Assembly: GCA_015233145.1 (NCBI GenBank)
Contig: JADFYI010000001.1
Coordinates: 79,345-143,344 of the forward strand
Length of the DNA: 64,000 nt
DNA from: Candidatus Omnitrophota bacterium
GTDB taxonomy: Bacteria; Omnitrophota; Gorgyraeia; Zapsychrales; Fredricksoniimonadaceae
Direction of reading: 5' to 3'
Shown: in pieces, positions 53,429 to 62,966 of the stretch
How the letters are laid out: each line of letters opens with the position of its first letter
Numbering within the stretch: the first letter of the stretch is position 1
The notes under the pieces: model-generated
Told to the model about the DNA's origin: nothing
The model's database searches: none
What the model saw: the letters and a program-made list of their open reading frames with translations, nothing else
Program-made: the position numbers and the translations under genes

Positions 53429-55354
53429 ATGGCAGACCTTCCTAAAAAGACGTTTAAAACGTCGAATAATAAAAATAAAAACCGGCAGGGGCCGGACAAT
53501 GGCAGCGGTGCCTGGATTTTTTGGGCGATTATTATCCTTGTTTTTTTGCTTATCGCCAATCCGGCGAATACGAATTACAACATTAAAAGCGCTCAAAAGA
53601 TGACTTACGGAGAATTTTATGCGCTTTTGAAAAGCAATAAAGACACTCAAAAAATAAAGAAACTGGTCCTTGCGGAAGGCTCTGAGCCTGTTTTGAAAGG
53701 GACTTTTAAAGACGGCGGGGAATTTAAGGTCAGCATCCCGCAGGATGACAAGGATCTTCTTCCAACCATTCGTGAGAACGTGACGGACTTTTCAGTCCAG
53801 CCCCTTGAAGCGTTCTGGTCGCAGTTTTTCTTTTCTTTTGTCCCGGTATTCCTGATTATTTTCTTTATTTGGTTTGTTGGTCGCCGGGGCACGGAAATGG
53901 GAAATAAAATCTGGTCTTTCGGGAAATCCCGCGCCCGTGTTAATGAAAAAGGACAGACCAAGGTGACCTTTAAAGACGTGGCTGGCGTTGATGAAGCCAA
54001 GGAAGAATTGCAGGAAATTATTGAATTCTTAAAAGACCCCAAGAAATTCGAACGTTTGGGCGGAAAAATCCCCAAAGGCGTTCTTTTGGTAGGGCCTCCG
54101 GGAACAGGGAAAACCCTTTTGGCTAAAGCCGTGGCAGGTGAGGCTGAGGTTCCGTTCTTTTCTTTAAGCGGTTCGGATTTCGTGGAGATGTTTGTGGGTG
54201 TTGGCGCTTCCCGTGTGCGCGACCTTTTTGAACAGGCCAGAAAAGCGGCCAGGGTGTCGGGCAAGGGCGGGATTATTTTTATTGATGAGATCGACGCTGT
54301 TGGCCGCCAGCGTTTTGCGGGAATTGGCGGAGGGAATGACGAGCGTGAACAGACCCTCAATGCCCTGCTTGTGGAAATGGACGGGTTTAGTTCCCCGAGC
54401 GGGCTTATTGTCATGGCAGCCACCAACCGTCCGGATACGCTGGATCCCGCGCTTCTTCGCCCCGGAAGATTTGACCGCAGGGTGGTGGTCGGCCTTCCGG
54501 ATATTAACGGGCGGGAAGGCGTTCTTAAGGTGCATTGCCGCAATATCAAACTTGACGCTGATGTTGATTTGCGTAAAATTGCCCAGCAAACAGTTTATTT
54601 TTCTGGGGCAGACCTGGCGAATGTTTGCAATGAAGCCGCTCTTCTTGCCGCTCGGCGAGCGAGAGATACGGTCAGTATGGCAGAATTTCTGGCAGCCGTG
54701 GAACGGGTCACCATGGGGCCGGAGAAAAAATCACATGCCACATCAAAGAAAGAAAAAGAGATGACAGCTCATCATGAGGCCGGGCATGCGCTTTTGAGCC
54801 TGCTTCTTGATGAAGTGGATACCTTTAGCAAGGTGTCTATTATCCCGCGCGGTATGGCCGGCGGTTATACGCTCACGCCTCCGACGGAAGACAAGCATTA
54901 CCATACCAAAAAAGAACTTTTTGGCCAAATGACGGTCCTGATGGGCGGCCTGGTGGGCGAAGAAGTTTTTATGGCAGATACCACAACCGGCGTTTCCAAT
55001 GATCTTGAGAAAGTGTCTTACCTGGCGCGTAATATGGTGTGTGCCTTTGGCATGACCGATGAGTTGGGCAAGCGCGCCTTTGGCCGCGGCCACCAGCCTT
55101 CCTTTTTGGGCCGGGATATTTTTGAAGAAAAGGATTACAGCGATGCCACAGCCAAGCGCATTGATGAAGAGGTCAAGAGCCTGGTTGACTCCGCCTATAA
55201 TCGTGCCAAAAAGCTTATTACGGAGAATCGGGACAAACTTGAAATCATAGCTTCGCGCCTTATTGAAAAAGAAGTTATTGATATTGATGAGGCCAGGACT
55301 CTTTTAGGCATGCCGGCAGCGCCGTCAGTCAACACAGATACCAAGGCGTCATGA
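53429..55354 (+). CDS. ftsH: ATP-dependent zinc metalloprotease FtsH
   Basis: Two TM segments, AAA+ Walker [14 protein letters not shown], Walker [13 protein letters not shown], and zinc motif HEAGHAL. Confidence 0.97.
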   Translation: MADLPKKTFKTSNNKNKNRQGPDNGSGAWIFWAIIILVFLLIANPANTNYNIKSAQKMTYGEFYALLKSNKDTQKIKKLVLAEGSEPVLKGTFKDGGEFKVSIPQDDKDLLPTIRENVTDFSVQPLEAFWSQFFFSFVPVFLIIFFIWFVGRRGTEMGNKIWSFGKSRARVNEKGQTKVTFKDVAGVDEAKEELQEIIEFLKDPKKFERLGGKIPKGVLLVGPPGTGKTLLAKAVAGEAEVPFFSLSGSDFVEMFVGVGASRVRDLFEQARKAARVSGKGGIIFIDEIDAVGRQRFAGIGGGNDEREQTLNALLVEMDGFSSPSGLIVMAATNRPDTLDPALLRPGRFDRRVVVGLPDINGREGVLKVHCRNIKLDADVDLRKIAQQTVYFSGADLANVCNEAALLAARRARDTVSMAEFLAAVERVTMGPEKKSHATSKKEKEMTAHHEAGHALLSLLLDEVDTFSKVSIIPRGMAGGYTLTPPTEDKHYHTKKELFGQMTVLMGGLVGEEVFMADTTTGVSNDLEKVSYLARNMVCAFGMTDELGKRAFGRGHQPSFLGRDIFEEKDYSDATAKRIDEEVKSLVDSAYNRAKKLITENRDKLEIIASRLIEKEVIDIDEARTLLGMPAAPSVNTDTKAS

Positions 55355-56226
55355 TGAAGGAGCGTGGGGTTTTTCGGTTTCATGCGCGAGGGCAAAGTTT
55401 TAAGCTCGGTATAAAGACATTGGTGATGGGGATTTTGAATGTCACCCCGGATTCTTTTAGCGGAGACGGCGTTTTAAAGGGTTACAAAAAAGATTGTTCT
55501 TTTATATTATCAAGGGCAAGGAAAATTGAGGCTGACGGCGCTGATATTATTGATGTCGGCGGCGAATCAACCAGGCCTGGCGCTCAAATGGTGAGTACGG
55601 ATGAAGAATGCCGCCGTGTGGTTCCGGTTGTCAGGCTTTTGGCAGGGAAGTTGTCTATTCCCATTTCGGTTGATACTTATAAACCTTTGGTCGCTGAGGA
55701 GGCCCTGCGGGCAGGCGCTTCGATTGTGAATGTGATTCAAGGCACGCCCGTTGATGAAAAAATTCTTTTTTCTGTTAAGAAATATAATGCCGGGATTGTC
55801 CTTATGCATATGCGGGGGGTTCCTCAAACAATGCAAAGGCATGCGCGGTATAAGGATTTTTTGAAAGACGTTTTTTCAGAGCTTAAGAAATCAGTTGAAA
55901 AATGCCGTCAATTCGGTATAAAAGAAAGCAATATCGTCGTTGACCCGGGGATAGGTTTTGCAAAAACGGCCCGGCATAATCTTTTGATTTTGAAAAACCT
56001 GGACCGGTTTTCCGCTCTGGGCGTTCCCATTCTCGTGGGGACATCCCGGAAGTCTTTTATAGGCAAGGTACTTCAAAAAGACGTGAGTGACAGGGTTCTC
56101 GGGTCTTTGGCCACAGCCACTGCCGCTGTTTTAGGCGGAGCGCATATTGTCCGGGCGCATGATGTCAGAGAAACAAGGGAAGTTGTTTCGATGTCGGATG
56201 CCATTCTTAATGCTTCATTAACCTGA
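55351..56226 (+). CDS. folP: Dihydropteroate synthase
   Basis: 291 aa. GILNVTPDSFSGDG, IIDVGGESTRPG, DPGIGFAK. Confidence 0.92.
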   Translation: MMKERGVFRFHARGQSFKLGIKTLVMGILNVTPDSFSGDGVLKGYKKDCSFILSRARKIEADGADIIDVGGESTRPGAQMVSTDEECRRVVPVVRLLAGKLSIPISVDTYKPLVAEEALRAGASIVNVIQGTPVDEKILFSVKKYNAGIVLMHMRGVPQTMQRHARYKDFLKDVFSELKKSVEKCRQFGIKESNIVVDPGIGFAKTARHNLLILKNLDRFSALGVPILVGTSRKSFIGKVLQKDVSDRVLGSLATATAAVLGGAHIVRAHDVRETREVVSMSDAILNASLT

Positions 56227-56238
56227 ATAAGGTGAACA

Positions 56239-57009
56239 ATGAATTTTTTTCTCTGGTCCACTATCAAGCCGTTTCTTGAAATCCTGATTCTTTCCTATGT
56301 CATTTACCGCATTTTGGTTTTCTTTCAGGGGACACGCGCTTTTCAGGTCCTTAAAGGGGTGACGTATCTTCTTGTCTGTTTTTTCCTTTCCCAGCTTTTG
56401 GGGTTTGATACCCTTAATTGGCTTCTGACAAAGTTTTTTGCGATTTCCATCCTTGTTTTTGTGATTATTTTTCAGCAGGAAATCCGCCAGGGGCTGGCGC
56501 GTCTGGGGCAGGGCCACCTTTTTACCGTCTTTTTGGAAGAATCTGAACTCATTGCCCTTATTGATGAACTTACGGACGCGGTGTTTAAATTGTCGGACAA
56601 GAAAACAGGGTGCCTTATTGCCATTGAGCGGGAAGCAAAATTAAACACTTATATTGAAAGCGGAATTCCCCTGGACGCCCTGATCGGCACGGAAATTGTG
56701 CAGACCATTTTTAAGCATGATTCTCCAATGCACGACGGTGGCCTTATTATCCGTGGGCCAAGGATCATTGCCGCGGCCTGCCTTTTTCCTTTATCCGACA
56801 ACCAGAATTTAAGTAAAATCATCGGAACCCGCCACCGCGCGGCGTTGGGGCTTACAGAACAGACCGATGCCGTCACAATCATGGTGTCCGAGGAGACAGG
56901 GGAAATTTCGATTGCCTGTGACGGGAAGTTTATTCCTATTACCGGGCCGGAACGCCTTCAGTCGTCTCTGCGCGACCTTCTGATTGTTCATACGGGAGCT
57001 AAAAAATGA
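56239..57009 (+). CDS. cdaA: Diadenylate cyclase CdaA (DacA)
   Basis: Three N-terminal TM segments plus a DAC domain (HDGGLIIRG, GTRHRAALGLTEQTDAVTIMVSEETGEISI). Confidence 0.92.
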   Translation: MNFFLWSTIKPFLEILILSYVIYRILVFFQGTRAFQVLKGVTYLLVCFFLSQLLGFDTLNWLLTKFFAISILVFVIIFQQEIRQGLARLGQGHLFTVFLEESELIALIDELTDAVFKLSDKKTGCLIAIEREAKLNTYIESGIPLDALIGTEIVQTIFKHDSPMHDGGLIIRGPRIIAAACLFPLSDNQNLSKIIGTRHRAALGLTEQTDAVTIMVSEETGEISIACDGKFIPITGPERLQSSLRDLLIVHTGAKK

Positions 57010-57113
57010 AAAAATTTTTTCTTCACAACCTTTCTTTAAAAATAATAGCCCTGGGGCTGGCCGTTATTACCTGGATTTATGTTAACGGGGAGCTTTTAAA
57101 ACCGGATCGTTGA
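57006..57113 (+). CDS. 35-codon ORF matching only the N-terminal membrane anchor of CdaR/YbbR (mini-protein or gene remnant)
   Basis: ATGA overlap with the cdaA stop. The translation MKKFFLHNLSLKIIALGLAVITWIYVNGELLKPDR* parallels the CdaR N-terminus (compare B. subtilis ...NNRWAVKIIALLFALLLYVAVN). No YbbR domains follow. Confidence 0.35.
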   Translation: MKKFFLHNLSLKIIALGLAVITWIYVNGELLKPDR

Positions 57114-57127
57114 GCCACAGGAAGATT

Positions 57128-57850
57128 ATGCCGCTTTTGGGTGTTAATATTGACCATATCGCAACGTTGAGACAGGCACGGAGAGAATTTGACCCTGATC
57201 CTGTCAAGGCGGCCCTGGTTTGCCAGGATGCGGGTGCTGACAGCATTGTGGCGCATCTTCGGGAAGACCGGCGCCATATTAATGATGATGATGTCAAGCG
57301 CTTGCGCCGGGCCTTGAGAATCCGCTTTAATCTGGAAATGTCCATTAACCCCGGTATAGTGGCCGTTGCCTGCAGGCTTAAGCCTGATCAGGTGACTCTT
57401 GTTCCGGAACGCCGTGAGGAGCTGACCACCGAAGGCGGGCTGGATGTTAAGAAAGGCTTTAATAAATTAAAAGCGTGTTGCAGGAAATTGGCAGATAAAG
57501 GCATTGATATCAGTCTTTTTATCGCGCCTGACAAGGTCCAGATTGAAAAGACCAAAGACTTGGGCGTGCCTATTGTTGAATTTCATACCGGTTCATACGC
57601 CCAGGCCAGGACTGCTTTTTCTCGTCAACAGGAACTTAAGCGGCTTATGGGCATGGCCGCGTATGCCACGAAGCTTGGCCTCACTGTTAATGCTGGCCAC
57701 GGGCTTAAATACCACAACACTTTGCCTGTGGCTCTGATTCGTGGCATGAATGAGTTAAATATCGGGCATTCTATTATTTCACGTGCAGCTTTTGTGGGAT
57801 TAAAACAGGCTGTGCGTGAGATGATTACCATTATAAAGGCGCGTTCGTGA
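57128..57850 (+). CDS. pdxJ: Pyridoxine 5'-phosphate synthase
   Basis: ATG 57128 gives MPLLGVNIDHIATLRQAR. HLREDRRHI, and EFHTGSYA. Confidence 0.92.
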   Translation: MPLLGVNIDHIATLRQARREFDPDPVKAALVCQDAGADSIVAHLREDRRHINDDDVKRLRRALRIRFNLEMSINPGIVAVACRLKPDQVTLVPERREELTTEGGLDVKKGFNKLKACCRKLADKGIDISLFIAPDKVQIEKTKDLGVPIVEFHTGSYAQARTAFSRQQELKRLMGMAAYATKLGLTVNAGHGLKYHNTLPVALIRGMNELNIGHSIISRAAFVGLKQAVREMITIIKARS

Positions 57851-58200
57851 TGATTACAGGCACCGGCGTTGATATTGTTGAAATTCCGCGCATTCGAAAA
57901 GCCGTGGAGACGTGGGGAGATAAATTTTTAAATAAAATTTTTACTTCCGAAGAGATTGCTTACGCCAAAAAGCACGAGGTGCCATATCCCCATTATGCCG
58001 GACGTTTTGCAGCTAAAGAAGCTGTTTATAAAGCGCTGGGTGATAAGAAGATTACCTGGCAGGACCTCACAATTGTTAACGATTCCGACGGGAAGCCCCT
58101 TTGCCGGCTCAAAGGGAAAAGGCTTCAAGGTAAAATCCATCTTTCAATATCCCACTCCAAATACTATGCGGTTGCCTCAGCCATTGTTGAGAAAGAATAA
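57850..58200 (+). CDS. acpS: Holo-[acyl-carrier-protein] synthase
   Basis: MITGTGVDIVEIPRI and FAAKEAVYKAL. TGATG junction with pdxJ. Confidence 0.9.
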   Translation: MITGTGVDIVEIPRIRKAVETWGDKFLNKIFTSEEIAYAKKHEVPYPHYAGRFAAKEAVYKALGDKKITWQDLTIVNDSDGKPLCRLKGKRLQGKIHLSISHSKYYAVASAIVEKE

Positions 58201-59011
58201 AAACGCGAGCAAGAAAGATTTTGGTCACGTTCTTGTCTTGGCAGGTTCTCCGGCTATGCTGGGAGCCTCGGCGCTTTGCGGGCTTGCGGCAATGCGCGCT
58301 GGCGCTGGTTTAACAACCCTTGGCATTCCCCAAAGCCTTAATTTAACCCTTCAGAAAAAGATTTCTTCTGTTTTGATGACGCTTCCTTTGCCGGAAACTC
58401 AAGGAAAAACATTTTCCGTAACTGCCTGTAAGACGCTTTTTCCGATATGGCAGAAATATCAGGCTATGGCGATCGGGCCTGGAATAACGCTCAACCCCTC
58501 AACGAAAAAGTTCGCCATTAAGGTGATTCAAGAAGCGCCGTGTCCTTTGGTTGTTGATGCAGATGCGCTAAATGCCTTATCTGAAAATATCAGTGTCCTT
58601 AAGAAAACAAAGGCTTTCAGAATCCTTACGCCTCATTCAGGTGAATTTTCCCGTTTAACAGGCCTTACCCTTCAAAAGATAGAGGCCAACAGGGAGGCTT
58701 TGGCGCGTGGTTTTGCGAAACGCTGGGGCTGTATTTTGGTTTTGAAAGGGCAGCACACTGTTGTGGCATTTCCTGACGGAAAAATTTATATCAATAGAAC
58801 AGGCAATGCCGGCATGGCGACTGCCGGGAGCGGGGATGTGTTGACCGGGATGATCGCAGCCCTTCTGGCGCAGGGCATCATGCCGTTTGAAGCCGCAAAA
58901 TGCGGCGTTTGGCTGCATGGTATGGCCGCAGATAAGGCGATTCGTAATCGAAAGAAGTTTTCATTACTGGCAAACGATATTATTGAACATATTGGAATGA
59001 AATCATGTTAA
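58166..59011 (+). CDS. nnrD: ADP/ATP-dependent NAD(P)H-hydrate dehydratase (YjeF C-terminal type)
   Basis: ATG 58166 gives MRLPQPLLRKNKNASKKDFGHVLVLAGSPAMLGA. GSGDVLTGMIAALLAQG. The longer ORF from 57956 overlaps acpS and is rejected. Confidence 0.85.
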   Translation: MRLPQPLLRKNKNASKKDFGHVLVLAGSPAMLGASALCGLAAMRAGAGLTTLGIPQSLNLTLQKKISSVLMTLPLPETQGKTFSVTACKTLFPIWQKYQAMAIGPGITLNPSTKKFAIKVIQEAPCPLVVDADALNALSENISVLKKTKAFRILTPHSGEFSRLTGLTLQKIEANREALARGFAKRWGCILVLKGQHTVVAFPDGKIYINRTGNAGMATAGSGDVLTGMIAALLAQGIMPFEAAKCGVWLHGMAADKAIRNRKKFSLLANDIIEHIGMKSC

Positions 59012-61410
59012 GAGATTCCTCCGTGAATCGGGCGCGTCCAAAATCGATTTTTTCTTCCTTCTTATTTCTTATGATTTCAGGCCCCCTTTTGATTGTTGTT
59101 ATTGAAATATTTTTTCATCTTTGGCTAATTTTAACGCATCGTATTCCTATAGGGCATGAAGGGCTGACATATTTTATTTATCAGTACTTTTTTCTAAATA
59201 ATGCTGTTTTTACCGGTCAAATTCCGCAATGGATGCCCTATATCGGCCATGGCGAGATCGCAAGTGTTGAGTTTGCTTCTCAGGCAAGTTTAGGGCAAAA
59301 TTTATTTTTTCCATTAGCTCCATTCTTAAAAGCCATACCATTTAACGTTATATTTGATATCAATTTCTTTATAGACCATCTTCTTCTTATTGCAGGAGGG
59401 TGGCTTCTTGCCGGACAATATTATCGATCTGGCTGGACAAAGTTTTTTGTGGTTCTTTCACTGACAGGTTCTGTGATCTGGTCAACCCAGGTATGGTTTA
59501 ATTTTCACTTCTATTATGCATTTCCGTTAATTTTATATTTTTTTCATCGTTTTCTTGAAACATATAAATGGCGTTATTTTATTGCGGCAGGGAATCTTCT
59601 GGCCTTTCAAACATTGGGTGGCGCGGCATACCTTTTTCCTGTGGCGAGCCTGACGCTTTTTATCTATTTGTTTTCTTTTGTTTTAACAAACAGGGCTGAC
59701 TTTCTAAAGCAGACTTTCCCAAAGAAATTCTGGGTTAAGGCAATTCCTTCCTTGGTAGTTGTAGGAGTGGGCTTATTACTTGCTTTTGGTGTTCTTTATG
59801 CCGGGCATAATGAAATGATATTTTATGCTCACGGCCGTGGTAGAGACAACATTGTTCCCTTAGATAAATTCTTGGAGCATGGCGGGAATTTGACATTAAA
59901 CAAATGGTTGGAGTTGATTTTAGGAGTGTCTCCGGCTCTTGATTACACCCTTTATATCGGTTTATTGGGTGCTGTTTTCTTTATTTTGGGAGCGGTCATT
60001 TGTTTTCGTTCCCGATATCGGATGTTGGTATATTCGGCTGCTTTTTTATTGGCTATTTCGGTAGGTTCTTTTGTCGCCGTGTGTGCCTATTATGTTTGGC
60101 CTTTTATGAAAATATACAGGCACCTGGCGTTGATTTCACCCATTATAAAAATGCTCGTTATCTTTATTGCCGGGTTTGGGTTTGAAAGATTTATTTTATC
60201 TCCAAGCGATGTTTTTCAAAAAATTGCCTCTCAAGTCCGGCTTATTATCTTGGGGTTTGCCTTGTTGGCGATTTCTTTATTGGTTCTGGAAGTTTATTCT
60301 CCGGGAATAATCAAAAAGATTCCATTCTTTCTGGTGGATCCCGGCGGGCTTTACCTTGATAAGGGGCAGAATGTTCACCTTATCCCGGGCTTGCCGGTAT
60401 TGCCGACGAAAGATTCTTTCGTGGTTTTTCGTATTTTTGACGTGTTGTTATTTTCATTGTTAATAATTTTTCTACTAAAATTATCTAAAAAGCGAACCGA
60501 GTGGCTTATTGTTTTTCTTTTGTGTTTTCATGTGCTGGATCTTTATGGGTATAAATTTTCTGAAGTTAGCCGCAGAAGCTTTGTTGTTTCTCCATCTGAT
60601 CAAAAGTTTCTAAAATTTGAAAAGCCCATTTTCTCTTATCGTCGTTCCGAGGGGCTTTTTATTACAAATGACAGGGCTGGTTTTTTGAAAAGGTTTCCGA
60701 ATTCGAACGGATCTCCTAACACCGGGTATAATACTTTTGCATTTGCTGATGAAATAGGGAGCACGTTTCTGATTAATTATCTTCAAAAAGATTTTGATTT
60801 GTATTTAAGGGCGGTTAATCATCAAGATTTTTCAGATCGAGTTGTTTTCCCTAAGGGATTGGTCCCTTATAAGTATTTAAAATTTCCAGAAAATAAGGCG
60901 GCCCGGAAAATGTCAGGATTGGATGAGGACAAGATTCAATTTTATAAGAATGTTTCTTTTTTTGATAATGAGAAGTCCTTGTTTCAGGTTATGTCTGATG
61001 AAAAGTTCCATGGAGATGTCCCTTTGATTTTGGCCAAAGGTAATTTTTCATCAGTGCCGTGGAATGGTTCAGAGCATATTTATCCGAGGTATCAAGTTCT
61101 TCGTTTTGATGCTAATACTTTGGAATTGGAGGTAGAGCTTTCGAGTCCCGCATGGGTTTATATTGCAGAAAATTTCAGCAAAAATTGGGGTGCGACGGTT
61201 AACGGGGAGAAATCACGGATATATCGTGCTAATCTGGCGTATCAGGCGTTGCCCTTAACCGCAGGTCATAATCGTATTGTTTTTAACTTTTTTAACTGGC
61301 AAATGGTTATGCAATATTATTTTTGGATCGCGATATCTTATATTTGGGCGTTTGTTTTGATTTATTTATTATGGCGATCTTCAAAAGAAAAGAATGAATT
61401 ATGTTTCTAA
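59005..61410 (+). CDS. Large polytopic membrane protein, YfhO-like / GT-C-like putative glycosyltransferase
   Basis: 801 aa. At least 12 hydrophobic segments in the first ~520 aa, a ~230-aa soluble domain, then a final TM (YYFWIAISYIWAFVLIYLLW). This architecture and the IPQWMPYIGHGE motif resemble YfhO. Confidence 0.45.
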   Translation: MLRDSSVNRARPKSIFSSFLFLMISGPLLIVVIEIFFHLWLILTHRIPIGHEGLTYFIYQYFFLNNAVFTGQIPQWMPYIGHGEIASVEFASQASLGQNLFFPLAPFLKAIPFNVIFDINFFIDHLLLIAGGWLLAGQYYRSGWTKFFVVLSLTGSVIWSTQVWFNFHFYYAFPLILYFFHRFLETYKWRYFIAAGNLLAFQTLGGAAYLFPVASLTLFIYLFSFVLTNRADFLKQTFPKKFWVKAIPSLVVVGVGLLLAFGVLYAGHNEMIFYAHGRGRDNIVPLDKFLEHGGNLTLNKWLELILGVSPALDYTLYIGLLGAVFFILGAVICFRSRYRMLVYSAAFLLAISVGSFVAVCAYYVWPFMKIYRHLALISPIIKMLVIFIAGFGFERFILSPSDVFQKIASQVRLIILGFALLAISLLVLEVYSPGIIKKIPFFLVDPGGLYLDKGQNVHLIPGLPVLPTKDSFVVFRIFDVLLFSLLIIFLLKLSKKRTEWLIVFLLCFHVLDLYGYKFSEVSRRSFVVSPSDQKFLKFEKPIFSYRRSEGLFITNDRAGFLKRFPNSNGSPNTGYNTFAFADEIGSTFLINYLQKDFDLYLRAVNHQDFSDRVVFPKGLVPYKYLKFPENKAARKMSGLDEDKIQFYKNVSFFDNEKSLFQVMSDEKFHGDVPLILAKGNFSSVPWNGSEHIYPRYQVLRFDANTLELEVELSSPAWVYIAENFSKNWGATVNGEKSRIYRANLAYQALPLTAGHNRIVFNFFNWQMVMQYYFWIAISYIWAFVLIYLLWRSSKEKNELCF

Positions 61411-62894
61411 CCCCAGAAGATAAATATACTTCGTCGTTTTTTGCAGTGTGTATTTCTTTAATAGTATTTTTTATTTTCGGAACACTTTTAACAGTTAAAT
61501 ACTATTCTTTTGGTTATTACGATTGGGATTTGGCTTTTTTTTCACAAGCATCCTGGAATTTAATTCACGGCCGGCCATTTGTTTCCCTGGTGGGAATCAA
61601 TTTCTTTGGTGACCACAGTTATTTTTTTATGGCCTTTTTTCTGCCGTTTTTTGGGATTTTTCACTCGCCATTGGTATTGATTTATGCCAAGCTTCTGGCT
61701 TTTATCATCGCCGGGTATCTCTTTTTTCTTTATGCTGAAAAAAGGCTCGGTGGCCGGATCGGCATCCTTTTTTTAATCATGTATTTTCTTTTTCCGCCGA
61801 ATATTTTTGGATTGCTGTATGAATTTAACCCGGAGGCTTTTGCCCCGCCTGTTATTTTTTTGATGTTTCTGGCCCTTGATAACAGGAAATTTAAAGAGCT
61901 TTTTTTCTGGTCCATTGTTCTTATGACGATCAAGGAAAACATGGCTCTTGTGGCGTTTATGTTTTCACTTTGGGCCTTGGTGATTGCCGACAAGAAAGAC
62001 AAGCTTTTCCTGGGAGTCTTTGCTGTGTTTTGCCTGGCGGTTTTTATTTATCTTACCGCTTTTTGGGTTCCTTCCTTACGAGGATTAGGGCATCATGCCT
62101 TTACAGTGCGTTATCCTCAACTGGGCAGTAATGCGCTGGAAGTTGCTTTAAGCCCCTTTCTTAAGCCGCGGGAAGTTTTTGGGGCTCTCACAACAGCTCA
62201 AAACGGGTTTTATCTTTTTGAAATTTTCGGAATTTTTTCAGGTTTGGCGATTCTTACTCCCTGGCCGGTATTCTTGATGGCTCCTTTATTGTTGCAGCAT
62301 TGCCTGTCTTCCCATTTTCCGGAGCACACAATTTTCTATCATTATGGACCGACAATGGCTCCGTTTGTTTTTATAGCAGCCGTCCACACTTTATTCAGGA
62401 TTTCCCGTTTTAATAAAGGGAAGTTTTTGAAAAACGTTCTTTTGGCTGTTTTATTAGGGGGGACTTTTGTATCAGCTTTTTCTTATCGTGCAGATTTTTT
62501 TCTTCGGCTTAACATTCATAATGAGGTAGATATTCCGGCGGAATGGGCCATGATCAAGAGTATTCCTCAGGACGCTTCGGTTGTGGCGACATTTAAATAT
62601 TTAGCGCCTCTGTCTGTCAGGGATAATCTTTATTCTTTTCATATGGTTTATGACCGGGCTTTTCAGGATCTTTCCGGAATGCGCCGTTCAGAGCTGAACG
62701 TTGGCAAAGCGTTTTCCTTACCAGTTAATGTTGAGTATGCCTTGATTGATTGGAATGACTCCTGGCTTTTAGGGGCGCTGTTAAATGATAAAGACAAGGT
62801 ATTGGAAAGGATCAACGCGTTTTTAAAGAAATCTCCCTGGCGTGTGGTCAGGCAGGAAAACAAAAGTATTCTTTTAAGAAGGGATATTCATTAG
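61401..62894 (+). CDS. DUF2079-like polytopic membrane protein
   Basis: 497 aa. N-terminal motif YYSFGYYDWDLAFFSQASWNLIHGRPFVSLVGINFFGDHSYFF matches my recollection of the DUF2079 signature (Dlg.f.Qa.w...G......lg.Hf). It has a C-terminal soluble domain. Confidence 0.55.
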   Translation: MFLTPEDKYTSSFFAVCISLIVFFIFGTLLTVKYYSFGYYDWDLAFFSQASWNLIHGRPFVSLVGINFFGDHSYFFMAFFLPFFGIFHSPLVLIYAKLLAFIIAGYLFFLYAEKRLGGRIGILFLIMYFLFPPNIFGLLYEFNPEAFAPPVIFLMFLALDNRKFKELFFWSIVLMTIKENMALVAFMFSLWALVIADKKDKLFLGVFAVFCLAVFIYLTAFWVPSLRGLGHHAFTVRYPQLGSNALEVALSPFLKPREVFGALTTAQNGFYLFEIFGIFSGLAILTPWPVFLMAPLLLQHCLSSHFPEHTIFYHYGPTMAPFVFIAAVHTLFRISRFNKGKFLKNVLLAVLLGGTFVSAFSYRADFFLRLNIHNEVDIPAEWAMIKSIPQDASVVATFKYLAPLSVRDNLYSFHMVYDRAFQDLSGMRRSELNVGKAFSLPVNVEYALIDWNDSWLLGALLNDKDKVLERINAFLKKSPWRVVRQENKSILLRRDIH

Positions 62895-62912
62895 GAATTT
62901 CTTTAAAAAAAC

Positions 62913-62943
62913 AAGCCCTTCAGAGAAATTCTCTGAAGGGCTT
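62913..62943. terminator. Bidirectional rho-independent terminator between convergent genes
   Basis: AAGCCCTTCAGAG-aaatt-CTCTGAAGGGCTT, flanked by an A-run on the left and a T-run on the right. Confidence 0.8.
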
Positions 62944-62966
62944 TTATTTTTTTGTTTCTGTCCGGC

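Noticed and set aside
53647-54549. 300-aa minus-strand ORF
   Set aside because: It lies entirely antisense to ftsH, whose AAA+ and HEAGH motifs are unambiguous, and has low-complexity Ser/Arg/Pro-rich composition typical of shadow ORFs. The same reasoning applies to 54164-54589 (-), 54192-54764 (+, off-frame), 6410-6925 (-), 26876-27358 (-), 21332-21826 (-) and similar.
57956-58165. Long N-terminal extension of nnrD (351-aa ORF)
   Set aside because: It overlaps almost all of acpS in another frame. The internal ATG 58166 gives the typical YjeF-C N-terminus (...KKDFGHVLVLAGS).
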